From: Cyanobacteriota bacterium
Lineage (GTDB): Bacteria > Cyanobacteriota > Cyanobacteriia > PCC-6307 > Cyanobiaceae
NCBI GenBank assembly: GCA_046052125.1
Contig: JBJOMY010000002.1
Location: 320,001 to 384,000, forward strand
Length of the DNA stretch: 64,000 bases
Reading direction: 5' to 3'
Position numbers and translations under genes: made by a program. The notes under the pieces are model-generated. The model had not been told where the DNA came from. It saw only the letters and a list, made by a program, of their open reading frames with translations, and searched no databases. How positions within the stretch are numbered: position 1 is the first letter of the stretch; the number at the start of each line of letters is the position of its first letter. Positions 34,065 through 43,290 of this stretch are shown here, one piece after another.

Positions 34065-35435
34065 ATGAGCTTGCCCGCCCCGACCGATCGCTGGCCACGC
34101 CGCTTGCTGTTGCGCCGGATCGCCAGCGGCGTCGCCGGTTTGGCCCTGGCGCTTGGGGTCGGCGCCTGCCGCAACCCTGCACCGCAGCCGGGCGGCGAGC
34201 GCACCATTCAGTTCTGGACTCTGGATCTGGCGCCGAAGTTCAACACCTATATCCGCGATGTGATCAGTGCCTGGGAGCAGCAGAATCCGGGCTATCGCGT
34301 GGTGTGGACCGATATCCCCTGGGGGTCGGTGGAGCGCAAGTTGCTGGCGGCGGTGTTCGCCCGCACCGCTCCCGATGTGGTGAACCTCAATCCTCTGTTT
34401 GCCGCCAACCTGGCCAGCAAGGGTGGCTTGCTGCCCCTGGATTCGGTGTTGCCACCTGGAGCGGCCAGCGGCTATCTGCCGCTGATCTGGCAAGCGGGTC
34501 GCAGTGCCGGCCCCGAGGGCCAGCCCCAACAGTTCGCCATCCCCTGGTATCTCACCGCCCGGATCACGCTGGCAAACCGCACCTTGCTTCAGCAAGCGGG
34601 CTACAGCGCCCCACCCCGCCGTTGGGAGGAGGTGCCGGCCTACGCCGAGGCGGTGCGGCGCCGCACCGGTCGCTACGCCCTGTTCGTGACGGTGGTGCCC
34701 GACGACTCAGCGGAGTTGATGGAGAGCCTGGTGCAGATGGGTGTGACCCTGCTCGGCCCCGATCAGCGCGCCGCCTTCAACACTCCGGCCGGCCGGCGCG
34801 CCTTTGCCTTCTGGAGCGATCTCTACCGCCGCGGCCTGCTGCCGCGGGAGGTGGTGAGCCAGGGCTACCGCCGCGCCATTGAGCTGTATCAGAGCGGTGA
34901 GCTGGCCCAGGTGGGCAGCGGCGCCGAGTTTTTGCGCAGCATCCAAACCAACGCGCCCCAGATCGCGGCGGCCACCCGCCCCTATCCGCCGATCACCGGC
35001 GCCAACGGCGAGGCCAACGTGGCGGTGATGACCCTGGCGATTCCGCGCCAGAGCCAGGTGGCCAAACCCGCCGCTGCCTTCGCCCTGTTTCTCACCAACG
35101 CCGCCAATCAGCAGCGTTTCGCCGAGCAGGCGCGGGTGCTGCCCTCCTCCAGCGGTGCCCTGCAGCAGATGCGCCGCAACCTCGAGTCGGAGCGCGCTCC
35201 GGGGCAGGCAGAGGCGCTGGTTCAGCAGGCGCGGCTGCTCTCGGCCGATACCCTCGCCAGCGCCCGGGTGCTCGTGCCAGCCAGCCCTGGGGTGAAACGC
35301 CTGCAGGCGATCCTCTACACCCAACTGCAGCGGGCGATGCTCGGCCAGATCAGCAGTGATGCGGCCCTGGCGGAAGCGGAGCGGCAGTGGAATGCCTATG
35401 CCAAAGGGCGCTTCTCAGGCCAGGCGAGCCGATAA
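34065..35435 (+). CDS. ABC transporter substrate-binding lipoprotein (sugar-binding family 1)
   Basis: Lipobox LGVGAC, WTDIPW, APDVVNLN, AIPWY. Confidence 0.88.
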   Translation: MSLPAPTDRWPRRLLLRRIASGVAGLALALGVGACRNPAPQPGGERTIQFWTLDLAPKFNTYIRDVISAWEQQNPGYRVVWTDIPWGSVERKLLAAVFARTAPDVVNLNPLFAANLASKGGLLPLDSVLPPGAASGYLPLIWQAGRSAGPEGQPQQFAIPWYLTARITLANRTLLQQAGYSAPPRRWEEVPAYAEAVRRRTGRYALFVTVVPDDSAELMESLVQMGVTLLGPDQRAAFNTPAGRRAFAFWSDLYRRGLLPREVVSQGYRRAIELYQSGELAQVGSGAEFLRSIQTNAPQIAAATRPYPPITGANGEANVAVMTLAIPRQSQVAKPAAAFALFLTNAANQQRFAEQARVLPSSSGALQQMRRNLESERAPGQAEALVQQARLLSADTLASARVLVPASPGVKRLQAILYTQLQRAMLGQISSDAALAEAERQWNAYAKGRFSGQASR

Positions 35436-35554
35436 ATCTTCGGCCAGAAGAAATCCTTAAGAGTTGCCCGCATACCTCTGTTTCCAGGGGTTTTGGGCCG
35501 CAGACGGCGCATCCTGAGATGTATCGTTGCGCTTCTTCATCGCTCGTAGTGCGT

Positions 35555-36352
35555 ATGGCCTTCGGCGAACAACACCAGCCTGGTGATGTTTCCGGGGCCA
35601 GCGAGCACCGCGCCACCTTGCTCGTTGTTGACGACGAGCCTGCTGTGCGCCGCGTGCTGGTGATGCGCCTGCAGCTCGCCGGTTATCGGGTGGTCTGCGC
35701 TGAAGACGGCGAAGAAGCTCTCAACCTCTTTCACCAGGAGCAGCCTGATCTCGTCGTGCTCGACGTGATGCTCCCCAAGCTCGATGGCTTCGCGGTCTGC
35801 CGTCGCCTGAGAGCGGAATCCTGCGTGCCGATCATCTTCCTCTCGGCCCTCGATGCCATCGCCGAGCGCGTGGCTGGGCTTGATCTCGGGGCCGACGACT
35901 ACCTGCCCAAGCCCTTCAGCCCCAAGGAGCTTGAGGCCCGGATTTCCACGATCCTGCGCCGCATCGGTCGCGGCTCCGCAAGCACAGAGCCCCGTGATGT
36001 GGCCCCCGGCCAGGGCGTGCTGCGGGTGGGTGATCTGGTGGTGGACACCAACCGCCGTCAGGTGACCCGCGACGGCGAGCGCATCGGTCTCACCTACACC
36101 GAATTCAGCCTGCTGGAGCTGCTCTTCCGCGAACCTGGTCGAGTGGTGCCCCGCGCCGAGATTCTCGAGCAGCTCTGGGGCTACCCACCGCGCCGCGCCG
36201 CCGATCTGCGGGTGGTGGATGTTTATGTGGCCCGCCTACGCGGCAAGCTCGAGCCCGACCCCCGCAATCCCGAGCTGATCCTCACGGTGCGCGGCACCGG
36301 CTATGCCTCCCAGCGCGTGGGAGAAACCTCCGGCATGGCTGCTGCCGGCTGA
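35555..36352 (+). CDS. srrA: OmpR-family response regulator, RpaB paralog (SrrA-like)
   Basis: VVDDE, LDVMLP, DDYLPKPF, and wHTH LRVVDVYVARLRGKLEPDPRNPELILTVRGTGY. This differs from the RpaB recognition helix. The symbol assignment is less certain than the family. Confidence 0.8.
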   Translation: MAFGEQHQPGDVSGASEHRATLLVVDDEPAVRRVLVMRLQLAGYRVVCAEDGEEALNLFHQEQPDLVVLDVMLPKLDGFAVCRRLRAESCVPIIFLSALDAIAERVAGLDLGADDYLPKPFSPKELEARISTILRRIGRGSASTEPRDVAPGQGVLRVGDLVVDTNRRQVTRDGERIGLTYTEFSLLELLFREPGRVVPRAEILEQLWGYPPRRAADLRVVDVYVARLRGKLEPDPRNPELILTVRGTGYASQRVGETSGMAAAG

Positions 36353-36419
36353 GGCTGTTCTGCCCCGGGTCTGCACCGCGTTCCTGCAGGATGGCCGCAA
36401 GCAGAGTTGAACCGGTCCT

Positions 36420-37928
36420 TTGTCTGAGCTGCGCGAGACCCGCCTCGAGAAAGGCAAGGCCCTAGCGGAGCTGGGCCAGGGGCCCTACGCGCTGAGGTTC
36501 GAGCCCAGCCATCGCACCGCCGAGCTGCAGCAGGCCCACGCCGATCTCGCCAATGGCGAAGAGCGCGACGTTGCCGTGGCCGTGGCCGGCCGGGTGATGA
36601 CGCGCCGGGTGATGGGCAAGCTCGCTTTCTTCACCCTGGCCGATGAAACCGGCCCGATCCAGCTGTTCATCGAGAAGGCCACCCTGGCTGCGTCGATGCC
36701 GGATGACCCTGAGGCCTTTGTTCACATCACCTCGCTGGTGGATGCAGGTGATCTGATCGGCGTGCAGGGCAGCCTGCGCCGCACCGACCGCGGCGAGCTC
36801 TCGGTGAAGGTGCAGCGCTGGCAGATGCTCAGCAAGAGCCTCCAGCCCCTGCCCGACAAGTGGCATGGCCTCTCCGATGTGGAGAAGCGCTACCGGCAGC
36901 GCTACCTCGATCTGATCGTGTCGCCCCACACCCGCGAAACCTTCCGGCGCCGGGCGGTGGCGGTGAGTTCAATCCGCCGCTGGCTCGATGAGCGCGGCTT
37001 CCTGGAGATCGAAACGCCGGTGCTGCAGAGCGTGCCCGGCGGCGCCGATGCCCGCCCGTTTGAAACCCACCACAACGCCCTCGATCTGCCGCTCACCCTG
37101 CGCATCGCGACTGAGCTGCACCTGAAGCGGCTGGTGGTGGGCGGCTTTGAGCGGGTGTACGAGCTGGGCCGGATCTTCCGCAACGAGGGCATCAGCACCC
37201 GGCATAACCCGGAGTTCACCTCGATCGAGGTGTACCAGGCCTACGCCGACTACAACGACATGATGGATCTCACGGAGCAGCTGATTGCTCATGTGTGCCA
37301 GCAGGTGTGCGGCGGCACCGTGATCACTTATCAGGGCACCGAGATCGATCTCACGCCCCCCTGGCGCCGGGTCACCATGCACGAGCTCGTGCAGGAGGCC
37401 ACCGGCCTGGACTTCACGGCTTTTGCCTCGCGGGCTGAGGCGGCCGCGGCGATGGAAGCCAAGGGTTTGGCCGCTCCGGCCCTGGCCGATTCAGTGGGCC
37501 GGCTGCTGGTGGAGGCGTTTGAGCAAACGGTGGAAACCGATCTGATCCAGCCCACCTTCGTGATCGATTACCCGGTGGAAAATTCGCCCCTGGCCCGGGC
37601 TCACCGCAGCAAGCCGGGGCTGGTGGAGCGCTTCGAGCTGTTCATCGTGGGCCGCGAAACCGCCAATGCCTTCAGCGAGCTGATCGATCCGGTGGATCAG
37701 CGCCAGCGCTTGGAGGCCCAGATGGCTCGGAAGGCCGCCGGCGACGATGAAGCCCAGCAGGTGGATGAAGACTTCATCCAGGCCCTGGAGGTGGGCATGC
37801 CCCCCACAGGCGGCCTGGGCATCGGCATCGATCGCTTGGTGATGCTGCTCACCGACAGCCCGTCGATCCGGGACGTGATTGCTTTCCCCTTGCTGCGGCC
37901 GGAAGCCCGCACTGCTTCTGCGGACTGA
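36420..37928 (+). CDS. lysS: Lysyl-tRNA synthetase (class II)
   Basis: [42 protein letters not shown]. Confidence 0.99.
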   Translation: MSELRETRLEKGKALAELGQGPYALRFEPSHRTAELQQAHADLANGEERDVAVAVAGRVMTRRVMGKLAFFTLADETGPIQLFIEKATLAASMPDDPEAFVHITSLVDAGDLIGVQGSLRRTDRGELSVKVQRWQMLSKSLQPLPDKWHGLSDVEKRYRQRYLDLIVSPHTRETFRRRAVAVSSIRRWLDERGFLEIETPVLQSVPGGADARPFETHHNALDLPLTLRIATELHLKRLVVGGFERVYELGRIFRNEGISTRHNPEFTSIEVYQAYADYNDMMDLTEQLIAHVCQQVCGGTVITYQGTEIDLTPPWRRVTMHELVQEATGLDFTAFASRAEAAAAMEAKGLAAPALADSVGRLLVEAFEQTVETDLIQPTFVIDYPVENSPLARAHRSKPGLVERFELFIVGRETANAFSELIDPVDQRQRLEAQMARKAAGDDEAQQVDEDFIQALEVGMPPTGGLGIGIDRLVMLLTDSPSIRDVIAFPLLRPEARTASAD

Positions 37929-37996
37929 CGCGCCGGGCGCAATGGGATAATCAACCCTAGTAGGCAATCTCCCCCATCCGGGGGTTACGGGATCCC

Positions 37997-38260
37997 ATGA
38001 GTGGCGAGCGCGTCGGTTTCCGCTTCAAGCACGCTGATGCGGTGGTGAAGCGCAACCCCCAGGGCCGTTCCCGCCGCGGCTGGGTGATGGAACCGGTGGA
38101 GCAAACCACCAGCCGTGGCACCAAGATGCCCGCCTACCGGATCCGCTGGCGCGATAGCGAGCGCCCCGAGATCGTGCTCCAGCACATGCTGATCGCTGAC
38201 CCTGATCCCACCCCGCCGCCTGAGGGTGTGAGCCTGGTGCCCCCGGCCCCCAAGCAGTAG
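37997..38260 (+). CDS. Conserved small hypothetical protein
   Basis: Host-like codon usage; fills the gap after lysS. Confidence 0.7.
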   Translation: MSGERVGFRFKHADAVVKRNPQGRSRRGWVMEPVEQTTSRGTKMPAYRIRWRDSERPEIVLQHMLIADPDPTPPPEGVSLVPPAPKQ

Positions 38261-38263
38261 GTC

Positions 38264-39069
38264 TTACGACCAGCCTTTGAGCCGATAGATCGCCAGCCCC
38301 AGGTGTTCCTTGAGGGCGATCGTGCTCAGGTGCAGCGCCTCGGCATCTGGCACCAAGCTCTTGATCACCGATCCCGCTGTGGGTGTGCCGAAGGCGGCGC
38401 GGTTGGGGAGTTGGTAGTCGCAAGCCACGGGGATCACGCTCAGACCACTGCTCTGGCGGAACGTCGCCAGGGAGCGGGGCATGTGGAAGGCGCTGGTGAC
38501 CAGCAGGATGCTTCTCCAGCCCCGGGCGCGTGCCATCACGCCGATATCGCGCGCTTCCTCAGCGGTGGTGCGAGAGCCGGGATTGATCAGGATGCGGTTG
38601 GCGGGCAATCCCAACTCCACCGCGAGCGCCTTGGCGCTGATCGCTTCCGGCGGGGCTGGATTGGATGCCCTGAAGCTCACGCGGCCGCCACTGGTGATCA
38701 ACAGCGGGGCCTTGTTCTCGCGCATCAATCGCAGACCCGTGAGCAGGCGATCACCCCCTCCGATACCTCCACGCCCTGACGTGGCGCTAGTGCGGGCCTG
38801 AGGCCCCCACCCAGCACCAACACCGCATCGGCCTTGGGAATCGCGGCGGGCGTGAGTGCGGCCGCCTGCTCCTCCAGCCCCCAGATCAGCTGACGGCTGA
38901 TGAGCGGCGTTGAGAACAGCCAGATCAGGCCAATGCCGGTTCCACTCAGGGCGATGGCCCCGCGCTTGTGCCCCCGGTTGGCGGCTCCCAGCCCTGCGAG
39001 CTGCAGCAGTAGGCCCAGCCCCAGGGGATACAGGAACAGCGGCAGCAGCTTGGAGAGCAGGAAGCCCAT
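38264..39069 (-). pseudogene. YdcF/DUF218 family protein with a single-base frameshift (real or assembly error)
   Basis: N-half MGFLLSKLLP...DAVLVLGGG...GVEVSEG and C-half GDRLLTG...TSGG...TTAEEA...LVTSAFHMPRS...KEHLG lie in different frames joined at the C5 run 38754-38758. Confidence 0.88.
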
Positions 39070-39167
39070 GGTTCAGGGGGAGTGGAGGGGCCGGCTGGGG
39101 TTGAGAGGGCAGGCCTGAGGGCGGGGTTGGGGTTTGTGAGGGGCCGGGTGTTCTGCGCGACCTCACA

Positions 39168-39207
39168 TCAGGACTTCTGTGCGGTCTGTACGGAATCCTG
39201 GAGGCGC
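39168..39207. repeat. Dispersed intergenic palindrome, copy 3 of 4 (inverted)
   Basis: Reverse complement reads GCGCCTCCAGGATTCC-GTAC-AGACC-GCAC-AGAAGTCCTGA. Confidence 0.7.
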
Positions 39208-39255
39208 TGCGTAAGCCATTGCCAGGTATTTCAAGGCAGTCCTGAATGCTGCCGC

Positions 39256-39786
39256 TCAGCGGCCTTGGCCTTGGTTTTGTCGGGCCCGCAGCGCTTCGAG
39301 CTCCTGCTCGGTTTCAAAGCGGGCCCAGGCTTGGTCGAGGGGCTCCCTGCCTGTTGCCGCGGTGGTTGTGGCATTTGGCGCTGCGCTGGCCTGAGTCGTG
39401 CCGGCGGTTGTCGTCGCCCGCGGGGCCGCCGGCGGTGGGGTGTCGCGCACCTGGCGGCCGAGCTGCTCGAGGCTTTGCCAGCGCTGGCGGCCGCGCTCCA
39501 TCAGCTGGAGCACCTGTTGATCAGCCCGATCGGCCAGCTCCGTGGCGCCGGCACCGCGGGCCCGCTGGGCGCGATCGCGCCACTGCTGAATCTCGGAGGC
39601 CAGGTGCAGCAACTCGCTGCGCAGCACCTCGGCCTTCGCGAGTGCCTCACGCTGTTGTTGCCGCCGCTCGAGCCGCTCCTGCTCCTGCAGCAGAGCCTCC
39701 TGGGCCGGGTTTGCCCGCAGAAAAGCCTCCAGCTGCTGCTCCAGGCGGGCTTCCAGTTGCTCGAGCCAATCGGCGGCCGCGCTCAT
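39256..39786 (-). CDS. Hercynine metabolism protein (egtBD-associated coiled-coil protein)
   Basis: LEAFLRANPAQ, coiled coil, LDQAWARFETEQELEALR; in operon with egtBD. Confidence 0.8.
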   Translation of the reverse strand: MSAAADWLEQLEARLEQQLEAFLRANPAQEALLQEQERLERRQQQREALAKAEVLRSELLHLASEIQQWRDRAQRARGAGATELADRADQQVLQLMERGRQRWQSLEQLGRQVRDTPPPAAPRATTTAGTTQASAAPNATTTAATGREPLDQAWARFETEQELEALRARQNQGQGR

Positions 39787-40022
39787 GGGCTTTCGTTGCT
39801 CTCCGGCGCCCGGGTGATCAGCGGAGCCTCGATTTCCTCCTGCAGCGGCGTGATTGCCGCTTCGCGGGAGCGCAGCAGCAGCTGGGTGAGGCGGGCGATC
39901 CCGCCCTCCCCCAAGTTCTGGCTGGCGAGCGTTTCGAAGGCGTTGCCATAGAGCTCCTCCAGCTGGGCAATCAGGCCCTCGCGCAACTCGCGCACGGCCC
40001 GGCGCTGCTCTTCTCTCGACAT
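39783..40022 (-). CDS. Hercynine metabolism small protein
   Basis: 79 aa, LGEGGIARLTQLLLRSREAAI; directly downstream of egtD. Confidence 0.8.
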   Translation of the reverse strand: MSREEQRRAVRELREGLIAQLEELYGNAFETLASQNLGEGGIARLTQLLLRSREAAITPLQEEIEAPLITRAPESNESP

Positions 40023-40040
40023 GCGTGCTCCCCGCTGGGC

Positions 40041-40994
40041 TCAGTCTGCCTGCACCAGTAGGTGCAGCGATAAATCCTCAGCCGGATCGCTCCAGCGCTG
40101 CGCGCCGCGCCAGCCTGCCGCTGCCGCCAGCTCCAGGAAGGCCTCTGGGCTGTATTTGGCGCTGGTTTCGGTGATCAGGGCTTCGCCGGCCGCAAACGTC
40201 CACCGCTGGCCCGCCAACTCCACCTGCTGGGATCGCTCACTCACCAGCGCCATCTCGATGTGGCTGGCCTCCGGCCGCCAGAGGGCGCGGTAGCAAAACG
40301 ATTCCAAATCAAAATTGCCGGCCAGATCGCGGTTCAGCCGCGCCAGCAGATTCAGCGCGAAGGCCGCCGAGATCCCGGCTGCATCGTTGTAGGCCGCCTC
40401 CAGTCGCTCCACGGCCTTGGGCTGATCGATGCCAATCAACAACTTGCCGCCCGGGCCGAGCAGCCGCCGGAACTGCACAAGCAGCGCCCTGGCTTCCTCG
40501 GGCGCGAAATTGCCCAGGGAGCTGCCTGGGAAGAAGCCAAGGTGCGCGGTGCCGCTCAACAACGGATGCGCTGGCAATTGCTCCAGCTGGCTGTAATCGC
40601 AACACACCCCCAGGATTGGCACCGCCGGAAACTGCTGCTCCAGCCGTTGGCAGGCCGCGGCCAGGTGCTCGGCGCTGATGTCGAGCGCCACATAGGCGGG
40701 CTGGCGCAGAGCCTGGAGCAGCGGAGCTACCTTGCGGGCGCTTCCAGCACCGAACTCCACCAGGGTTCCGGCCCCGAGGGCGGCTGCGATGGCGGGGGCT
40801 TCCCGCTCGAGCAGGGCCGTTTCCGTGGCGGTGAGGCTGTATTCGGGCTGCTGGCAGATCAGGTCAAACAGGCGGGAGCCTGCGGCGTCGTAAAGAAACC
40901 AGGCCGGCAGCTGTTTGGGGGTGCGGCTGAGGCCGTCGATCACCAGCTGGCGCATGTCCGCCGGGGCGGGATGGAGATCCAGCAGTTCAGACAT
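40041..40994 (-). CDS. egtD: L-histidine N-alpha-trimethyltransferase
   Basis: PKQLPAWFLYDAAGSRLFDLIC..PEY, VEFGAGS, PGSSLGNF, AAYND, TETSAKY. Confidence 0.95.
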   Translation of the reverse strand: MSELLDLHPAPADMRQLVIDGLSRTPKQLPAWFLYDAAGSRLFDLICQQPEYSLTATETALLEREAPAIAAALGAGTLVEFGAGSARKVAPLLQALRQPAYVALDISAEHLAAACQRLEQQFPAVPILGVCCDYSQLEQLPAHPLLSGTAHLGFFPGSSLGNFAPEEARALLVQFRRLLGPGGKLLIGIDQPKAVERLEAAYNDAAGISAAFALNLLARLNRDLAGNFDLESFCYRALWRPEASHIEMALVSERSQQVELAGQRWTFAAGEALITETSAKYSPEAFLELAAAAGWRGAQRWSDPAEDLSLHLLVQAD

Positions 40995-42192
40995 CGCGCA
41001 CCTGATCGCGCGCCAGCCGGATCCCACTGGCCATCCAGCGGCTCGCCGGTGGATAGAAGTTGCGGTAGGTGAGCCGTTCGTGGCCGGAGGGGGTGAGGAA
41101 GCAGCTGCCGCGCAGCACGAATTGGGAGGTCATGAACTTGCCGTTGTATTCCCCCACCGCCCCAGCTGCCGGTGCAAAACCGGGATAGGGCCGATAAGGG
41201 CTGCCGCTCCATTGCCAGAGGCAGCCGTAGGCCTGGGGTAGCTCCCCGCCGGCCGCCGCCAGCTCCCACTCCGCCTCAGCCGGCAGACGTGCGCCGGCCC
41301 AACGGGCATAGGCATCGGCCTCAAACCAGCTCACATGCCGCACGGGTGCCTCGGGCCGCCGCGGCCGCAGGCCCGCCAGGCTGAACTCCCCCTCCCCGCG
41401 CCAGTAGCGCGGTGCCTGCCAACCGCGCTGCTGCACCACCGCCCAGCCTTCGCTCATCCACAGCTCCGGCCGCCGGTAGCCGCCATCGGCGATGAAGGCG
41501 GCGAACTCGCCGTTGCTCACCAGTCGGTTGGCGATGGCAAACGGCTCCAGCCACACGCGGTGACGGGGCGCCTCGTTATCGAAATGGAAGGCGCCGATGG
41601 AGGTGTCGGGGCCGCCGTTGCCCGCGGGATGGCCGATCTCCACCAACCCTCCCGCCATCTCCAGCCAGCTCAAGTGGGCTGGGGCCGCCGCGGAAGCGGC
41701 CTTGTAGGCCGCTTCCGGTTGAGGACCCGCCGCATCGGGCGGATAGGCCGCTGGTTCCAGGGGATTGCGGCTGAAGCCATCGAGCAGATCCATCAGCAGC
41801 AGCTCCTGGTGCTGCTGCTCGTGTTGCAGCCCCAGCTCCACCAGCGCTGGATCGAGTTGCTCAAGGTGCTGCTCAAGCGCGTCGGTGACGCGCTGGCGCC
41901 AGGCGAGCACCTCGGCAATCGCCGGGCGGGTGAGCAAGCCCCGCTGCGGCCGGGGGTGCCGCTCCCCCACCGCCTCGTAATAGCTGTTGAACAGGTAGCG
42001 CCAGCGGTTCTCGGCCGGTGTGTAGCCGGGCAGGGCCCCGAGCAGGAACTCCTCGAAAAACCAGGTGGTGTGCCCCAGGTGCCACTTGGCCGGACTGGCA
42101 TCGGCCATGCCCTGCAGGCAGAGGTCCTCCGGCTCCAGCCCCTTGATCAGGGCTTCGCTGGTGCTGCGGATCTGGCGGAGCCGGGCGAGCAG
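40987..42192 (-). CDS. egtB: Ergothioneine sulfoxide synthase; start ambiguous
   Basis: DASPAKWHLGHTTWFFE, FNSYYE, HEQQHQE iron ligands, FDNE, EYNGKFM, YRNFY. The frame stays open upstream of the track's Met to an in-frame CTG at 42192; the nearest ATG (42205) is out of frame. Confidence 0.93.
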   Translation of the reverse strand: MLARLRQIRSTSEALIKGLEPEDLCLQGMADASPAKWHLGHTTWFFEEFLLGALPGYTPAENRWRYLFNSYYEAVGERHPRPQRGLLTRPAIAEVLAWRQRVTDALEQHLEQLDPALVELGLQHEQQHQELLLMDLLDGFSRNPLEPAAYPPDAAGPQPEAAYKAASAAAPAHLSWLEMAGGLVEIGHPAGNGGPDTSIGAFHFDNEAPRHRVWLEPFAIANRLVSNGEFAAFIADGGYRRPELWMSEGWAVVQQRGWQAPRYWRGEGEFSLAGLRPRRPEAPVRHVSWFEADAYARWAGARLPAEAEWELAAAGGELPQAYGCLWQWSGSPYRPYPGFAPAAGAVGEYNGKFMTSQFVLRGSCFLTPSGHERLTYRNFYPPASRWMASGIRLARDQVRDV

Positions 42193-42276
42193 GGCTGGGG
42201 CGCATCTGCGGCGACCCTAGATGTGGCAATGGGCCCCCTACGATCGCGCCACTGCAGAACGCGTGGTGGCGAGCGC

Positions 42277-43278
42277 ATGGCGGCCAGCTCTCCCGGCATC
42301 ACTTCCGGCTTTGTGGGGGCCGTGGGCAACACGCCGCTGATCCGGCTGAACGCCCTCAGTGAAGCCACGAGTTGCGAGATCCTGGGCAAGGCGGAATTCA
42401 TGAACCCCGGCGGTTCGGTGAAAGACCGTGCCGCACTGGGGATCCTTCTGGAGGCCGAAGAGCAGGGCCTGCTCCAACCTGGCGGCACGGTGGTGGAGGG
42501 CACCGCTGGCAACACCGGCATCGGTCTCACCCACCTCTGCAATGCCCGCGGCTACAAGGCTTTGATCGTGATCCCCGACACCCAGTCGGCTGAAAAGATC
42601 GGTCTGCTGCGCAGCCTCGGGGCCGAAGTGCGCACGGTTCCGGCGGTGCCCTACCGCGACCCCAACAACTACGTGCGCCTCTCCGGCCGCATCGCCGAGG
42701 AAACACCCGGCGCCGTATGGGCCAACCAATTCGACAACCTGGCCAACCGCCGCGCCCACTACAACTCCACCGGCCCGGAGATCTGGCAGCAAACCGAAGG
42801 CCGCGTGGATGCCTGGGTGGCGGCCACCGGCACCGGCGGCACTTACGCCGGTGTGGCGCTCTATCTCAAGGAACAGAACCCGGCCGTGCGCTGCGTGCTC
42901 GCCGATCCCCACGGCAGCTCCCTCTACAGCTGGGCCACCAGTGGGGAGCTCAGCAGCGAGGGCAATTCGATCACCGAGGGCATCGGCAATAGCCGCGTCA
43001 CCGCCAACCTCGACGGTGCCCCGGTGGACGATGCCGTGCGCATCCACGATCAAGCAGCCCTTGACACCATCTATCAGCTGCTCTGGCAGGAGGGGCTGTT
43101 CCTGGGGGGCTCGGTGGGTATCAACGTGGCCGCGGCGGTGGAAACCGCCCGCCGGCTGGGCCCGGGCCACACGATCGTCACCGTGTTGTGCGACAGCGGC
43201 GATCGCTACCGGTCACGGCTTTATGACGGCGAGTGGCTGAGCACCAAGGGATTGCAGCAACCTGTGCGCGCAGCCTGA
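42277..43278 (+). CDS. cysK: Cysteine synthase (O-acetylserine sulfhydrylase family)
   Basis: GNTPLIRL, NPGGSVKDR, EGTAGNTG, GTGGT, EGIG, LCDSGDRY. Confidence 0.93.
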   Translation: MAASSPGITSGFVGAVGNTPLIRLNALSEATSCEILGKAEFMNPGGSVKDRAALGILLEAEEQGLLQPGGTVVEGTAGNTGIGLTHLCNARGYKALIVIPDTQSAEKIGLLRSLGAEVRTVPAVPYRDPNNYVRLSGRIAEETPGAVWANQFDNLANRRAHYNSTGPEIWQQTEGRVDAWVAATGTGGTYAGVALYLKEQNPAVRCVLADPHGSSLYSWATSGELSSEGNSITEGIGNSRVTANLDGAPVDDAVRIHDQAALDTIYQLLWQEGLFLGGSVGINVAAAVETARRLGPGHTIVTVLCDSGDRYRSRLYDGEWLSTKGLQQPVRAA

Positions 43279-43290
43279 AGTGCTTCGGCG

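Noticed and set aside
35430..35470. HLR1 site upstream of srrA
   Set aside because: An AT-rich patch is present, but the match to the direct-repeat consensus is too poor to call.
41335..43278. 647-aa ORF that looks like a cysteine synthase fusion
   Set aside because: The first 314 codons are antisense to egtB; the real gene starts at ATG 42277.
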